A DNA stretch of 64,000 bases, from positions 105,743 to 169,742 of IMG/VR virus record IMGVR_UViG_3300020056_002227, one strand, 5' to 3'. This stretch comes from a virus. Position numbers and translations under genes: made by a program. Each line of letters opens with the position of its first letter. The first letter of the stretch is position 1. The notes beneath the pieces were generated by a model, which had not been told where the DNA came from, did no database searches, and saw nothing but the letters and a program-made list of their open reading frames with translations. Below, one piece after another: positions 20,154 to 32,300 of the stretch.

Positions 20154-23100
20154 ATGTCGACATTAATTAGGCTTCGCAGAAGTGCTGTCCCCGGCCGTGC
20201 ACCGACTACTGCACAACTTGAATTGGGTGAGATCGCACTTAATACTGCTGACGGCAAAATTTATATTAAGAAATACGATGCTGTTGCAAATACAGAAAGC
20301 ATCGTAGAGTTCAGCGCTGATCCTAATGATATCTTGGCGCTGATCAAAACTGTCGATGGTGCCAACTCTGGACTAGATGCAGATTTACTTGATGGTTTAG
20401 ATTCTACTCAATTCCTCCGTTCAGACCAAGACGATACCTTACAGGGTAGTCTAGTTATTACTGGTGATCTTACTGTATCAGGAAATACGACATATGTCAA
20501 TACAGAAACTATTAATCTTTCTGATAACATTATCACTCTTAATGCTAATCACACAGGCAGTCCGACTCAAAATGCTGGTCTCGAAGTTGAAAGAGGAACA
20601 TCAAATACAGTAACACTTCAATGGAATGAAACTGGTGATTACTGGGAAATTGCTTCTGGTGGTATCACTGGCAGAATTCTTACTACTGGAGATGAGGGTG
20701 CTGGAAACGGTTTAGATTCCGACACACTCGATGGCCAAGAAGGCACATACTACCTAGACTATAATAACTTCTTTAATGTACCCCCTGCAACACTTGACTT
20801 GACCTTAAACGGTAAAGTTACGGGTACTGCATTCTCTAATACCGGGGTGATGACCCTTACCACAGAATTAGCAAATACTGGTGTGGTACCCGGTACTTAT
20901 GGAACACCTTCACAGATCCCTGTCATTACAATAGATGAAGATGGTCGTATCACCTCCGCGGGTAATACCGCTGTAGCGGGGGTTGACAATTTTACATGGG
21001 ATTCTTCGAATAACCAGTTAGTGTTGACTACGGGTGATGGTTCGATCTACAACATCTACCTGAATCAATTCAAAGATATTACGGTAGAAGATCTTACAGC
21101 CAATTCGGTCAATATCACCAATCTAGGCTTCGATACACTCGATGTTGAAGGTGATATCAGCGCAAACAATATTCACGTTACTGGAACAATTGACGGTAGA
21201 GACATTGCAGCAGATGGTATTGTATTAGATGGTCTGGCTGCCGCAACCACTACACTCAATATCTCTGGTAAAGTCACAGGATCTGCGGTATCAAATAATA
21301 ATGTCATTGATATCGTTACCGAACTTGCAAATACTGGTGTTGTATCAGGAACCTATGGTACATCTTCACAAATACCTATCGTCACAGTTGATGAAGACGG
21401 CCGAATTACAGCAATGTCGAATACAGCCGTTGCTGGGGTTGATGCAGTTGAGTGGTATAGTGCAAACAGTACCCTATCGATTCAGACCGGTGACGGTTCG
21501 GTTTTCAAGAATGCGATTGATCAATTCGACGAAATTACCGTTACTGGTGATATCATCGTCAATGGTACGGTTGATGGCAGAGACGTTGCATTAGATGGTG
21601 CAAAGCTTGATCGATTAGAAGAAGATTTAACTGTCACGTTAACCGGAAAGGTGACAGGAAGCGTGACATCAAACACAGGTATTGTGGCAATTCCCACCGA
21701 ATTAGCAAATACTGGTGTTACTGCTGGAACATACGGTTCGGCAATAAGGGTACCAATTTTCACGGTTGATGAAGACGGTCGAATTACCAGTGCGACTGAT
21801 GTTTCTTCCCCTTCTGGAACCACAGTACAGAATGTCGATTGGTTGGTTGCGAATAATACCCTTCAAGTTTATTTGACAAACGGCACGCTGTTCAATACTC
21901 TGATAGATCAATTTACAGGTCTTGATGCAGATACTCTTGATGGTCTTCATGCAGCAGATATCACAGCAATTGCGGCAAACAATGTTGGAAATGGTACAAT
22001 TTCCATTGAGGCAAATACTGGTCTTACTGGTAGTGGCGTATTCACACTTAACCAATACACTGATCTTTCGATTGATATTGCTCATGCTGATACATCCTCA
22101 GTCACAGATACGAACAATGCTGATGGAAATGTTTTAAGAAACATCACCTTTGATACATTCGGTCACGTTCAGACGATCAGTTCATTCGACCTCGATACCA
22201 GATATTATACCATCAATCAGTTAGATGGTGGTCAATTAGATAATCGTTATTATACTGAAACTGAATTAAATTCTGGTACATTGGATTTCAGATATTACAC
22301 CGAAGTAGAATTAAATGCTGGTGCTCTTGATGGTCGATACTATACAGAAGCAGAATTAAATACCGGACAGCTAGATAGTCGTTATTACACCGAGACGGAA
22401 TTAAACAACGGCCAATTAGATACCCGATACTATACTGAAACCGAATCTGATCAACGGTTTGTATTCAAGGCCGGCGATACAATGACGGGCGATTTGACTG
22501 TCACCGCAAACGTCGACATTACTGGAACACTCACGGCAGGAATCATTGATAGAGATCCCAATATCACCGTCGCTTTGTCTGGTGATATCGCTGGTTCTGG
22601 CAACACGACACTTACAAATTTACAGAATGGTACAATTAATATTGTCACTACTGTACAGCCTGATTCAGTAGCACTCGGTACAGACACTACCGGTGATTAT
22701 GTCGAATCTGTTTCGAATACGGTAGGTATCATTATTACTGGAACGACTGGAGAGGGTGGTATACCGATTATTGGTCACGCTGATACCTCCAGTGTTATTA
22801 ATGTATCAACCTCTGGTAAAGATATTATTTCTAGTGTTGATTTTGATCAGTTTGGTCATGTCACTGCACACACCACAAGAACTCTTGATTTCTTAACTGA
22901 GGCTGAACTAGACGCACGATATGTAAATGTCACCGGCGACACGATGACTGGTGATTTGATTGTAAATGCAAGTATAGAGCAAGATCATGCTCGATTTACA
23001 ACGGAATCACTAACGACAACAAGTACCAGTCAAGTGGTTCTTTCTTCATTCAACGCCACGACTTATAATAGTGCTGAGGTTGTAATCACAGCAACACAAG

Positions 23101-23303
23101 GAATAAATAGACATATAACTAAATTGCTTATTGTTCACGATGGAAGTACTGCATCTGCCACGGAATTTGGTTCAATAGCTACTGGCTTCGATCTTGCATT
23201 ATATGATGTATCGATCGGTAGTGGCAATGTAAGAATCAATGTTACTCCTGCTAGTACATCTTCAACAACATTCAAGGTAGTGACCACGCTGATTAAAGAT
23301 TAA
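20154..23303 (+). CDS. Tail fibre protein (1049 aa) with triplicated internal modules
   Basis: N-terminal IRLRRSAVPG..P....LELGEIALNT.DGK motif, LDADxLDG motifs, three GKVTG...ELANTGV..GTYG...IP..T.DEDGRIT modules and 15-aa tandem repeats. Confidence 0.8.
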   Translation: MSTLIRLRRSAVPGRAPTTAQLELGEIALNTADGKIYIKKYDAVANTESIVEFSADPNDILALIKTVDGANSGLDADLLDGLDSTQFLRSDQDDTLQGSLVITGDLTVSGNTTYVNTETINLSDNIITLNANHTGSPTQNAGLEVERGTSNTVTLQWNETGDYWEIASGGITGRILTTGDEGAGNGLDSDTLDGQEGTYYLDYNNFFNVPPATLDLTLNGKVTGTAFSNTGVMTLTTELANTGVVPGTYGTPSQIPVITIDEDGRITSAGNTAVAGVDNFTWDSSNNQLVLTTGDGSIYNIYLNQFKDITVEDLTANSVNITNLGFDTLDVEGDISANNIHVTGTIDGRDIAADGIVLDGLAAATTTLNISGKVTGSAVSNNNVIDIVTELANTGVVSGTYGTSSQIPIVTVDEDGRITAMSNTAVAGVDAVEWYSANSTLSIQTGDGSVFKNAIDQFDEITVTGDIIVNGTVDGRDVALDGAKLDRLEEDLTVTLTGKVTGSVTSNTGIVAIPTELANTGVTAGTYGSAIRVPIFTVDEDGRITSATDVSSPSGTTVQNVDWLVANNTLQVYLTNGTLFNTLIDQFTGLDADTLDGLHAADITAIAANNVGNGTISIEANTGLTGSGVFTLNQYTDLSIDIAHADTSSVTDTNNADGNVLRNITFDTFGHVQTISSFDLDTRYYTINQLDGGQLDNRYYTETELNSGTLDFRYYTEVELNAGALDGRYYTEAELNTGQLDSRYYTETELNNGQLDTRYYTETESDQRFVFKAGDTMTGDLTVTANVDITGTLTAGIIDRDPNITVALSGDIAGSGNTTLTNLQNGTINIVTTVQPDSVALGTDTTGDYVESVSNTVGIIITGTTGEGGIPIIGHADTSSVINVSTSGKDIISSVDFDQFGHVTAHTTRTLDFLTEAELDARYVNVTGDTMTGDLIVNASIEQDHARFTTESLTTTSTSQVVLSSFNATTYNSAEVVITATQGINRHITKLLIVHDGSTASATEFGSIATGFDLALYDVSIGSGNVRINVTPASTSSTTFKVVTTLIKD
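22191..22455 (+). repeat. Six tandem 45-bp / 15-aa repeats (LDxRYYTExELxxGx)
   Basis: LDTRYYTINQLDGGQ-LDNRYYTETELNSGT-LDFRYYTEVELNAGA-LDGRYYTEAELNTGQ-LDSRYYTETELNNGQ-LDTRYYTETE. Confidence 0.9.
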
Positions 23304-23354
23304 AATAAATAGATTAGTAAAAAATTAAACGCCTATCTGGGGAGAGTGAACCGA

Positions 23355-26300
23355 ATGGCAAATGATAAAAAGTTTATAGCCAAAAATGGCCTATTGACTC
23401 CACAAAAAGCGATCATTGGATCGACTACCGATAACGGTGTAGATGAATTACAGGTTACCGGAACAAGTAATCTTGCCGGTGCTGTAACAATTGAAAACGC
23501 CACTGCATCTACGATATCACTTGAGGTCGAAAACACTGGTGCCGGTGGCTTTACCCCAACAGCAAATATTGCTAAATTTACTGGTGATATAGATTCACTC
23601 TCTATTCAAAATGTGATAGGTGGTTCTTATCGCATTACCAATCCGGGCAATAACAATAGAATAATTTTTTATAATAACACATCTGGCATTGATATTCAAT
23701 ATGCTGGATCAAGTCGTCTTGCAATAACTTCCACGGGAAATGATTTCTCTGGGTTGAATACCACTACTATCGATGGTAACAGAATTATCACGGTATTAGA
23801 TCAGGCAAGTCAAGGTGGTTCATTTGACGCTGCTACTCTTGATCAATTAGACTCCACACAATTTGTTCGGTCAGATGAATCTGACACAATGAATGGTAGT
23901 TACATCATTACAGGCGACCTCACAGTCAGTGGTAATACAACCTTCATTAACACGGAACAATTACTTGTTGCAGATAACATCTTCACTCTTAACTCGGACT
24001 TCACAACTGGAAACCCGACCGAAGATGCTGGAATGGAAATCCGTAGAGGTGGTCAAGCAAATTCTTCGTTTGTTTGGGATGAAACGAATGATTATTTCAA
24101 ACTAATTTCTGCTGGAACAGATCTTGGTCGTATCATCACCACTGCTGATGAGGGCCCGGGCAATGGATTTGATGCAGACACCGTCGATGGCTTGCATGGA
24201 TATCAATTCTTAAGATCAGACGTCGACGATACCGCAAATGGCAATATTACAATCCTAGGTGGATTGACGGTTGGAGATGGTAACGGCCCTGCTCGAATCG
24301 ATATGAACGGTTCTGGTCAGGCAAGAACAATCTACACAAATAACGGCGAGATTGGTTTCCTCAATTCTGGCTATAACTGGGCCGTTAAATCAGATGCCAA
24401 TGGTGATCTTGAAGTAGAACGCGATGTTGAAGCAGGCAGAGATGTACTAGCAGATGGTGATGTTACTGCTCAAAATAATATTACTGCAACCACTGGAAAT
24501 ATTACTGCTACTGCTGGTTCTATCTCTGCTGCAACCACTGTAACAGCCGGTACAGATGTTATAGGTCAACGATTTGTAGATGCTGACGATAATGCTTACT
24601 ATGCTGATCCGGCAAGTAATTCGATTTTTAGTGGCCTAGGGTTAGATGATAATCTTTTCCATAACGGTGATACAGATACCAGACTACGATTCGAAACCGA
24701 TCACATCAAATTAGAAACTGGTGGTAACGTTCGATTCGATGTTAATAATTCAAGAGTATTGGCTTCACTCGACACATATGTCCCTAATCTTGTAGTCAAT
24801 GATGCAATCATTCATAATAATGATACAGATACTCGAATTCTTTTTACCACTGACGTTGTTCAAATTGATACGGGTGGTAGCACAAGATTACAAGTAGATA
24901 ATGCTGGTGTAGATATATTCGGCAATCTCGACGTTACTAATACAGCAACTGCAAATACAGTAATAGGTCTCACCTCGATGAGATCGCCGATTTACTACGA
25001 TACAGATAATGATTCATATTTCGGTAACTTTGCTGGCACATCGGTGATGAATGATATCAGCATCGATGATTATATTTCTCATAATGGTGATGCTGATACA
25101 TATTTCGGTTTTGTTGGCCCAGATCAAATCAGATTTGCTACGGGTAATGCACAAAGACTTTATATTAGTAATAGTCAGATTGAATCTTCGGTTTATTTCT
25201 ATGCTCCAAGATTCGTTGATTTGGATAATAACAGTTATTATGTTGATCCAAACAGCACTTCTATTCTATCAACGGTTAATGTTGATGACTGGTTGCAACA
25301 TATTGGTAACGAAGATACTCGCATAGGCTTCCCTGCAACTGATACGATCAATATACAGACTGATGGTTTCACAAGATTTATTGCCAATAATAGTCAGGTA
25401 ACAGTAACCACCGATCTCAAAGTAGACGGTAACATTATCTCTGGTGGTGACGGCATCTTTGACGGTGACGTATACGCATCTAAATTCATCGATTCAGACG
25501 ATAATAATTATTACGCAGACCCAAATGCCACATCCGTGATGAAGACAGTTGGCATCGATGACTACATCGTACATAATGGTGATTCTGATACCAAGATTGG
25601 ATTCTTAATGAATGATACTCTGCAAATGGATGCAGGTGGAACGACAATTTTCATCGCGCAATCTACTGCAGCAGAATATTACGTCGACCTTTATGGTGAA
25701 GATGCCTATTTCAGAACATTCTACGATAATGACAATTCTGCTTACTTCTTGAATCCAGCCGAAACGGGCGTTTCTTTGAATGTTGCTGGTCTTGTAAGAA
25801 CAGGAAACGGATCCGCAGCAGGCCCGGCCTATTCATTCGGCAGTGATACCAATACCGGCATGTATCGAAAGGGAGCCGATCAGATTGGATTCTCGGCTGG
25901 AGGTAACGAAGAGTTAGTTGTTTACAATAACAGAGTAGAGGCACCGGGTGAAGTTAGATCCCCTATCTTTTACGATTTAGCCACTCCAGCATATTATGGT
26001 GACTTTGCCTCAACATCTCAAATGAATCGTATCGATATCGATGATTATATTCGCCATCGAGGTGATACCAATACCTACATGGGATTCGATGCAGCAGATA
26101 GTTGGGGTGTTTGGGCCGGTGGCACGAAGAGATTAGGTATTGATACTGACTCAGCAGACTTTACTGTTGATGTATACGCACCTAAATTTATTGATAGCGA
26201 TAATAACAGTTACTACCTCGATCCTGCTGATACAAGCACATCTGCCACATTGAATGGTAAGGTGTTAATCGGTAATGTCTCCGATGCTGCAAGATGGGAT

Positions 26301-29300
26301 GACAACACGGGTAACGGTGGCATCTCGTTAATGAATCATGGTTCATATGCTTCGGGACAAAATACAACTGTAGGAATCAGTGGTAATTACGCTGGTGGTT
26401 ATTCATTGATGTATCTCAATAGAATTGATCCTAACACAAATCCTTTCAATGCCGGCAATAGATACATTCATTTTTACCATGATGGAAATCAAGGTACAAA
26501 TTTAAGTGGTGACAGTAGTGGTAATCTCTATTGGTTGATGCTAGCCGGTACATCGCAATCATACTGGACACAAGCAGGATCTACTATATTTACTATCAAT
26601 GATAATGGTAATCTTGTTGTCGGGGGTAGTAGCCCAACGTATACAGACGGAGGTGACAATACACCTCTTACTGCAGCAATCAATCCTGCTAAACTGCACG
26701 TCAATGGATCTATCTACCTCAATGGTGCTAATGACGGTATTATCTTCGGTAGAGGAACTGCGTCATTCTTAAGAGATGAAGAACTAGGATTTGGGTGGGG
26801 CGGTGGTTGGTATATGACCGATGCTACCTACTTGCGTGTTCGAAATAATAAGGCTGTTTATTCTGGTGGAGATGCGTATTTCAATCGTTATTATGATACA
26901 AACGCAACAAGCCGCTGGATAGAGCCAGGTGGTGGTGGTATCCTCGCTGGTAATTTTGAGTTTGCAGCTACAGATACTGGTACATCTTATTCGACTGCTG
27001 CTATTGAACTTCGTGAATCTAACTATACTGGTAACGGTACTGCTACTCCACCTCGCATTTCTTGGCACTGGGGCGGTGTTGTTGCTTCACAAATGGCTAT
27101 CGAATCGTCTGGCCGCATTGTTGTCAGAAACAATCCCGGTAATGGTTATGAGGCGTTTGGTGCTGGAAATATCTATGGTACAAAATTCTGGGATATAGAC
27201 AACAATAACTTTTCATTTGAACCCAATGTATCTAATGCTTGGAGATTACAGACTCCAACCGGCTACCTCGATTTTGGTTCAATGAACGCTAGTTATCTTC
27301 ACTTCCAAACAGATAGGCCAGCATTCTACTTTAACCAACCAGTAAGTTTCGATGGTAATATTGCTGGTTATGGTGGTAATGAGACTGCATCGTTTGCTCG
27401 ATACTACGATAGTAATGATACCGATTATTGGGTAGACCCTCATACATTCTCGCGGATGAACGGTATCAATTTCGGTATACCAGGAAATGGAACAAATACC
27501 AAAGGCCGTTACCTTTCAATTGAAGGTAATACTGACGGAAGTGGGGAAGGTTCTTCAAGGATCTTCTTTGCAGAGCATAACAGCACGACAGGTTCAATGT
27601 CTGCTTACGGCATGTCTCTTGGTTATAGAGGTGGAGCTACAAGTATTGTTGGTGGTGATGGAAATACATGGACGGGCTTAAGTCAGATCAATAACGGTGA
27701 ATGGGGTCTATGGGGCCACAATGGTTCTGCCATTGGTTCATGGGCAATGAAAGGACCAAGAGACGGCACCTATGTTGTTGCCTCGGGTTCATTCCGTGCT
27801 CCTATTTTCTATGACTGGACAAGCTCTTCTTGGTACGTCAATCCAGACGGTGATTCAAGACTCAATACAATTACTCTTGATGGTAATGCTGTACAGCTTA
27901 GAGAACCCACTGGAAACTATGGTTCATTCATGGTTGATGGTGGTGCTAGAGGTGGTTACGAAGGATTCTCAATCGGTGGCCGTGTTGTCTTTATGCACAA
28001 CAATGCATCGGCTTCTGGTATTTACGACGATGTTAATAACCAATGGATGGCAAGATTTAATCTTGGTTCTAATGTCGATCTCCGCTATGCTGGTGTTGTA
28101 CAAGCAGAAACTGCAAACGGTTATTTCCTTGCTAATAATGAGATTCGATCACCAATCTTTAGAGACACGACATCGCCTACTACATGGTTCGTAGATCCTT
28201 CGGGTACTTCTCGAGTCAACACACTGAGAACAAATCGAATTTATCCCGCGTACGATAATGACACAAGCATTTATATCGACTATGTTGGTGGTGATTATGG
28301 ATCACTTCAGATTAATGGTGGTGGTAAAAACGGTTGGAGAGGTCTATCTCTTCTAGGTCAATTCGTATGGATGACACCTGGTGATGGCGCTCGAAACGGC
28401 ATCTATAACGACATTGATAATCAATGGCAACAGCAATGGTATCGTGGTGCCGGTTCAATATTATATTATGCAGGCGGTTCACAATTCTCAATTGAAAACG
28501 GTTATGCTCTCGCAACAAATCAAATGCGAGCTCCAATTTACTATCCACCATCTACTACCTCCTATTATCTGGATCTTGATAGAGGAAATACAAATCAGGC
28601 ATTGAGAGTCGGTGGTATCATAGAAAGAGTTGGATTCCAAACCTCTGGTGATGGTAACAATAACATTTTCAATCGTGCTCAAGATTATTCTCATTGGATT
28701 TGGCAGACAGCAACTGATTGGGGTATTTTCTGGGCTGGAAACAACAACCCATATCGTTCATATTTCAGTACCTCAAACCCGAATGAAATCGTCTTTATTG
28801 GTAATGGTAATCTCAGAGCTTCTATTGATCTGGATGATGGACGTGCTCACTTTACAGGTAATGTTAGTGCTCCAGACTTTTTACTAAATGGTGGCAATGA
28901 AGATATATCGTTGAACCCAGCATATGGTTCTGGTGGTGCGGATCTTGTACTCTTTGATATGACACCATATTTTGAGGCTCGTGTTACTCGAGTTTTGAGG
29001 GGAGCTGAAAACAATTTAACTGGTACGACATCTGAATATGTTAAAGGTGACGGACCATTTGCCGGTTCTTATGTTCTCCAAACATCTAATTACCGTACAT
29101 TCTATTCTGATTATATTCCAGTTGTGCCAGGTGAAGATCTGTACGGTGAAATTTCTCATAGAGTCGTTTCTGGATCTGGTGGTAGACTATACTACGGTAT
29201 CGAAAGATTCGATAAAGATAAGAGACCGATCGCAGGCAATACAGGTACTACATACTTCGTAGCTGGTGGTAGCATTTATACGAACACTACTTGGCAGACA

Positions 29301-32300
29301 CAAAGAGCTCATACAACTCTTCCAACCAGCCACACACCATACAATGGATCAGACGGTGGTGGTGTACACTGGGTAAGAATTCGAATTCTAATCAACTACA
29401 ATTCCGGTGGTGCTCTTAGACAGATCGGTGGCATTATGCTTAAACGGCGTAATGTTGAGTCTAATTTACTCGTCGATAACATCGTAGCAAATGACATTCT
29501 TGCAGATGATATTACTGCCGATAATGTTGATGCATATCGATTCAGAGATCGTGATGCGACTGGATATTATGTTGAACCTGCTAACATAACCCAATCTGCT
29601 CGTTTCAGAGGTCAAACCTACTACGGGCCGAATGCTACTTGGGGCGCTTACTTAACGGTTGGTGGCGACGGCCGAAACGGCTATATCAATAGTGGTACTG
29701 CTTCTGTTGCTACTACAAACGGTAATTTACACCTTGATTCTGGATCCGGTTACAATACCTACATTAATTACTATGACGGAAGTAATATTTACTTTGGTAC
29801 TGGAGGCAACGCAACACATTCAGTATGGGAAAGTAACGGTGATCTTAGAATTGGTGGTTCCGGTTCCACGGCCGCTTCAGGATTTAAGCTTCATGTAGAT
29901 GGAAACACTTATGTAAATGGTAATGTAAGAGCTAATAGATTCGAAGACACTTCGTCTCCTAGTAGTCGGTACGTTGACCCTGCTAGCACTTCACAAATCA
30001 ATCGACTTAATGTTAATGAAATTAAGTCTTTCCCGAGTCCACAATACGGACAACTTTTCTTTGATCACAGCGGCATCGCATACCCCAGTGGAAGAAGTCA
30101 GGTAGTTGGTACAGGTCTAGGAATTTACTCTTCTTATAGTGGAGGTTCCGGCAATCCATTTACTTACGACATTACAGCGTCTTTCAATAATAATGGAAAG
30201 GCATTTGAAATTGCAGCCGACTGGATTAATACGAACAGAACACCTCTATTAGTAAGATCTCTTAGAGATTGCTGTCAGAACTGGACACCTTGGACACAGA
30301 TTGCTACATCAGGTGTAGAATTCCTTACTGGTGCTGGAATCAAGGCTCCATGGTTTGCAGATAGCGATAATGATTTCTATAGAATGGATCCAGCCAGTAC
30401 CTCGCAAATTAATGCCATGAATATGCGTGGCACATTGAATATGGAGTTCGGCGCACAGATCAACTTACGTGCACCAGGTACGAACAACCTTCGTGGTTAT
30501 ATTCAGGTACGAGACTCGAACGACGGCCACTTAAGAATTGCTACCTCGGGTGGTGAAGATATTCGCTTCATGGATGGCGGCCTCGATGGTCAATGGAATA
30601 TGATTATCAGAGGCGATGGTAATACTCTGATTAATAACTACATTGACGCTACAAGATTCAGAGATCGTAATGATCCATCCAATTACTATGGTGACTTTGC
30701 TTCTACATCGATAATGAATCAGGTCGACGTAAATCGAATTAGAAGTAGAAATTCAACCGGTTACTTCTGGGATGGAAATGAAGACCTTGCGATGTATGTC
30801 TATGGTGAGATTTCTAACTCTAACTATGCAACCGGTAATTTACAGCCAGGTGCTCTGAATATTGGTCGAACAGATCGTAACTATAGATTTACTGGAGACG
30901 GTGGAAGTTGGGCAGGTGATATTCGTGCTGGAATCTTGGCCAACTGTTCTGAATACTGGGAATTTGCACTTCATGACTCAGGTCGATCTGTTGAATCCCT
31001 TTTGTATTATGATACGGCAAACATTCACATTGGTCGAAATATTGGCTGGGGTACTTCTCGTGTAATTCATCCGGGTGGTACGGCATCTACTATCTATACG
31101 GATTGGACTAACACTGGTTATTACTTGAACCCTGAAGGTCTCAATGATTCGAATATTAATGGTGTGAATAACCGTACATCGGCTATGATGGGCATGCCTG
31201 GGCATACAAGAAATTCAGGTTATTATTACAGAGCAAGACCGAGACAAACTAGTAATACCGACTATTGGACAGGTGCCTTTGGTTGGGGTCGTATCGACAT
31301 GAACCAGGTTGCAACATGGGGTTCTGGCTTTATTGATTCTTGGAGTAATCCACCTAACCAACCTTCGGGTACATCTCACTGGGTTGGTGCTCAGGCCTTC
31401 CACTATAGAAATAGTAATACATCTGGTTATGGCTGGCAGATGGTTGGTGGTCCCATTGAAGGATTGAGATTCCGTTCCTCTTGGCCAAGCTGGAGATCGT
31501 GGAGAAATATTGTAGTAGGTGGTGTCAACGATGGCTCTGCTGCCGGCACGATTTACGCACCTAGATTTACTAATACAACTAATACCGGCTATTATGGTGA
31601 CTTCGACACAACGTCAAGAATGAATGTTATTGACATTAACGAAGGGTATAACTACGGCTGGTGGAGAAATAGAACCTCAGGTCGCGGCTTATATAGCCAG
31701 GCAAATGGCAGACACTTCTATAGCCCGGGCAACGTGTATTGGCATATCGATGGTAGAAGTGATGTTGGTGGCCTTATTTTCTACGATCGTTATAATAGTT
31801 CACAGGGCAGTGGTACAGGTCGTCGTGGTTACGTATACTACGATGGTTCCGGCTTCGGTCTTTTACACAGCGGTGGAGGCTGGGCAGTTCGAACAGTTTC
31901 TGGTACTACAGAACTTTATGGTAATGCCTATGCTGGAACATTCCGAGCAAATATCATCTATGATCGTGACAACGGTGATGGTTGGTATTGGAATGGTGGC
32001 GGTACTTCTAGGTCTAATGTAACAATTACCAATACGAGCTATTTTAGTTCAAATACGAATAGAGGTTATGCGGAAGGTTACGGTACCAGAGGTTCCGCAC
32101 TGCGCAGAATATCCTATATTTCGATGAACAACGGAAGCAGTGCTTGGAATAGCTATAACTATCACGGTATTGCATCTACTAACTCATCTAATAACTTTGC
32201 TGATAGTATATCGATTAACTCTTACAATGATATTACTATGCGGCTTGATTCGAATAGCAATAATACAAACAGCTATCTACGAATCATGGATAATACTGTC

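Noticed and set aside
22191-22455. Possible CRISPR array or DGR template/variable repeat pair
   Set aside because: The repeats are in-frame with mostly synonymous variation, the differences are not adenine-specific, and no reverse transcriptase or cas gene is in the window.
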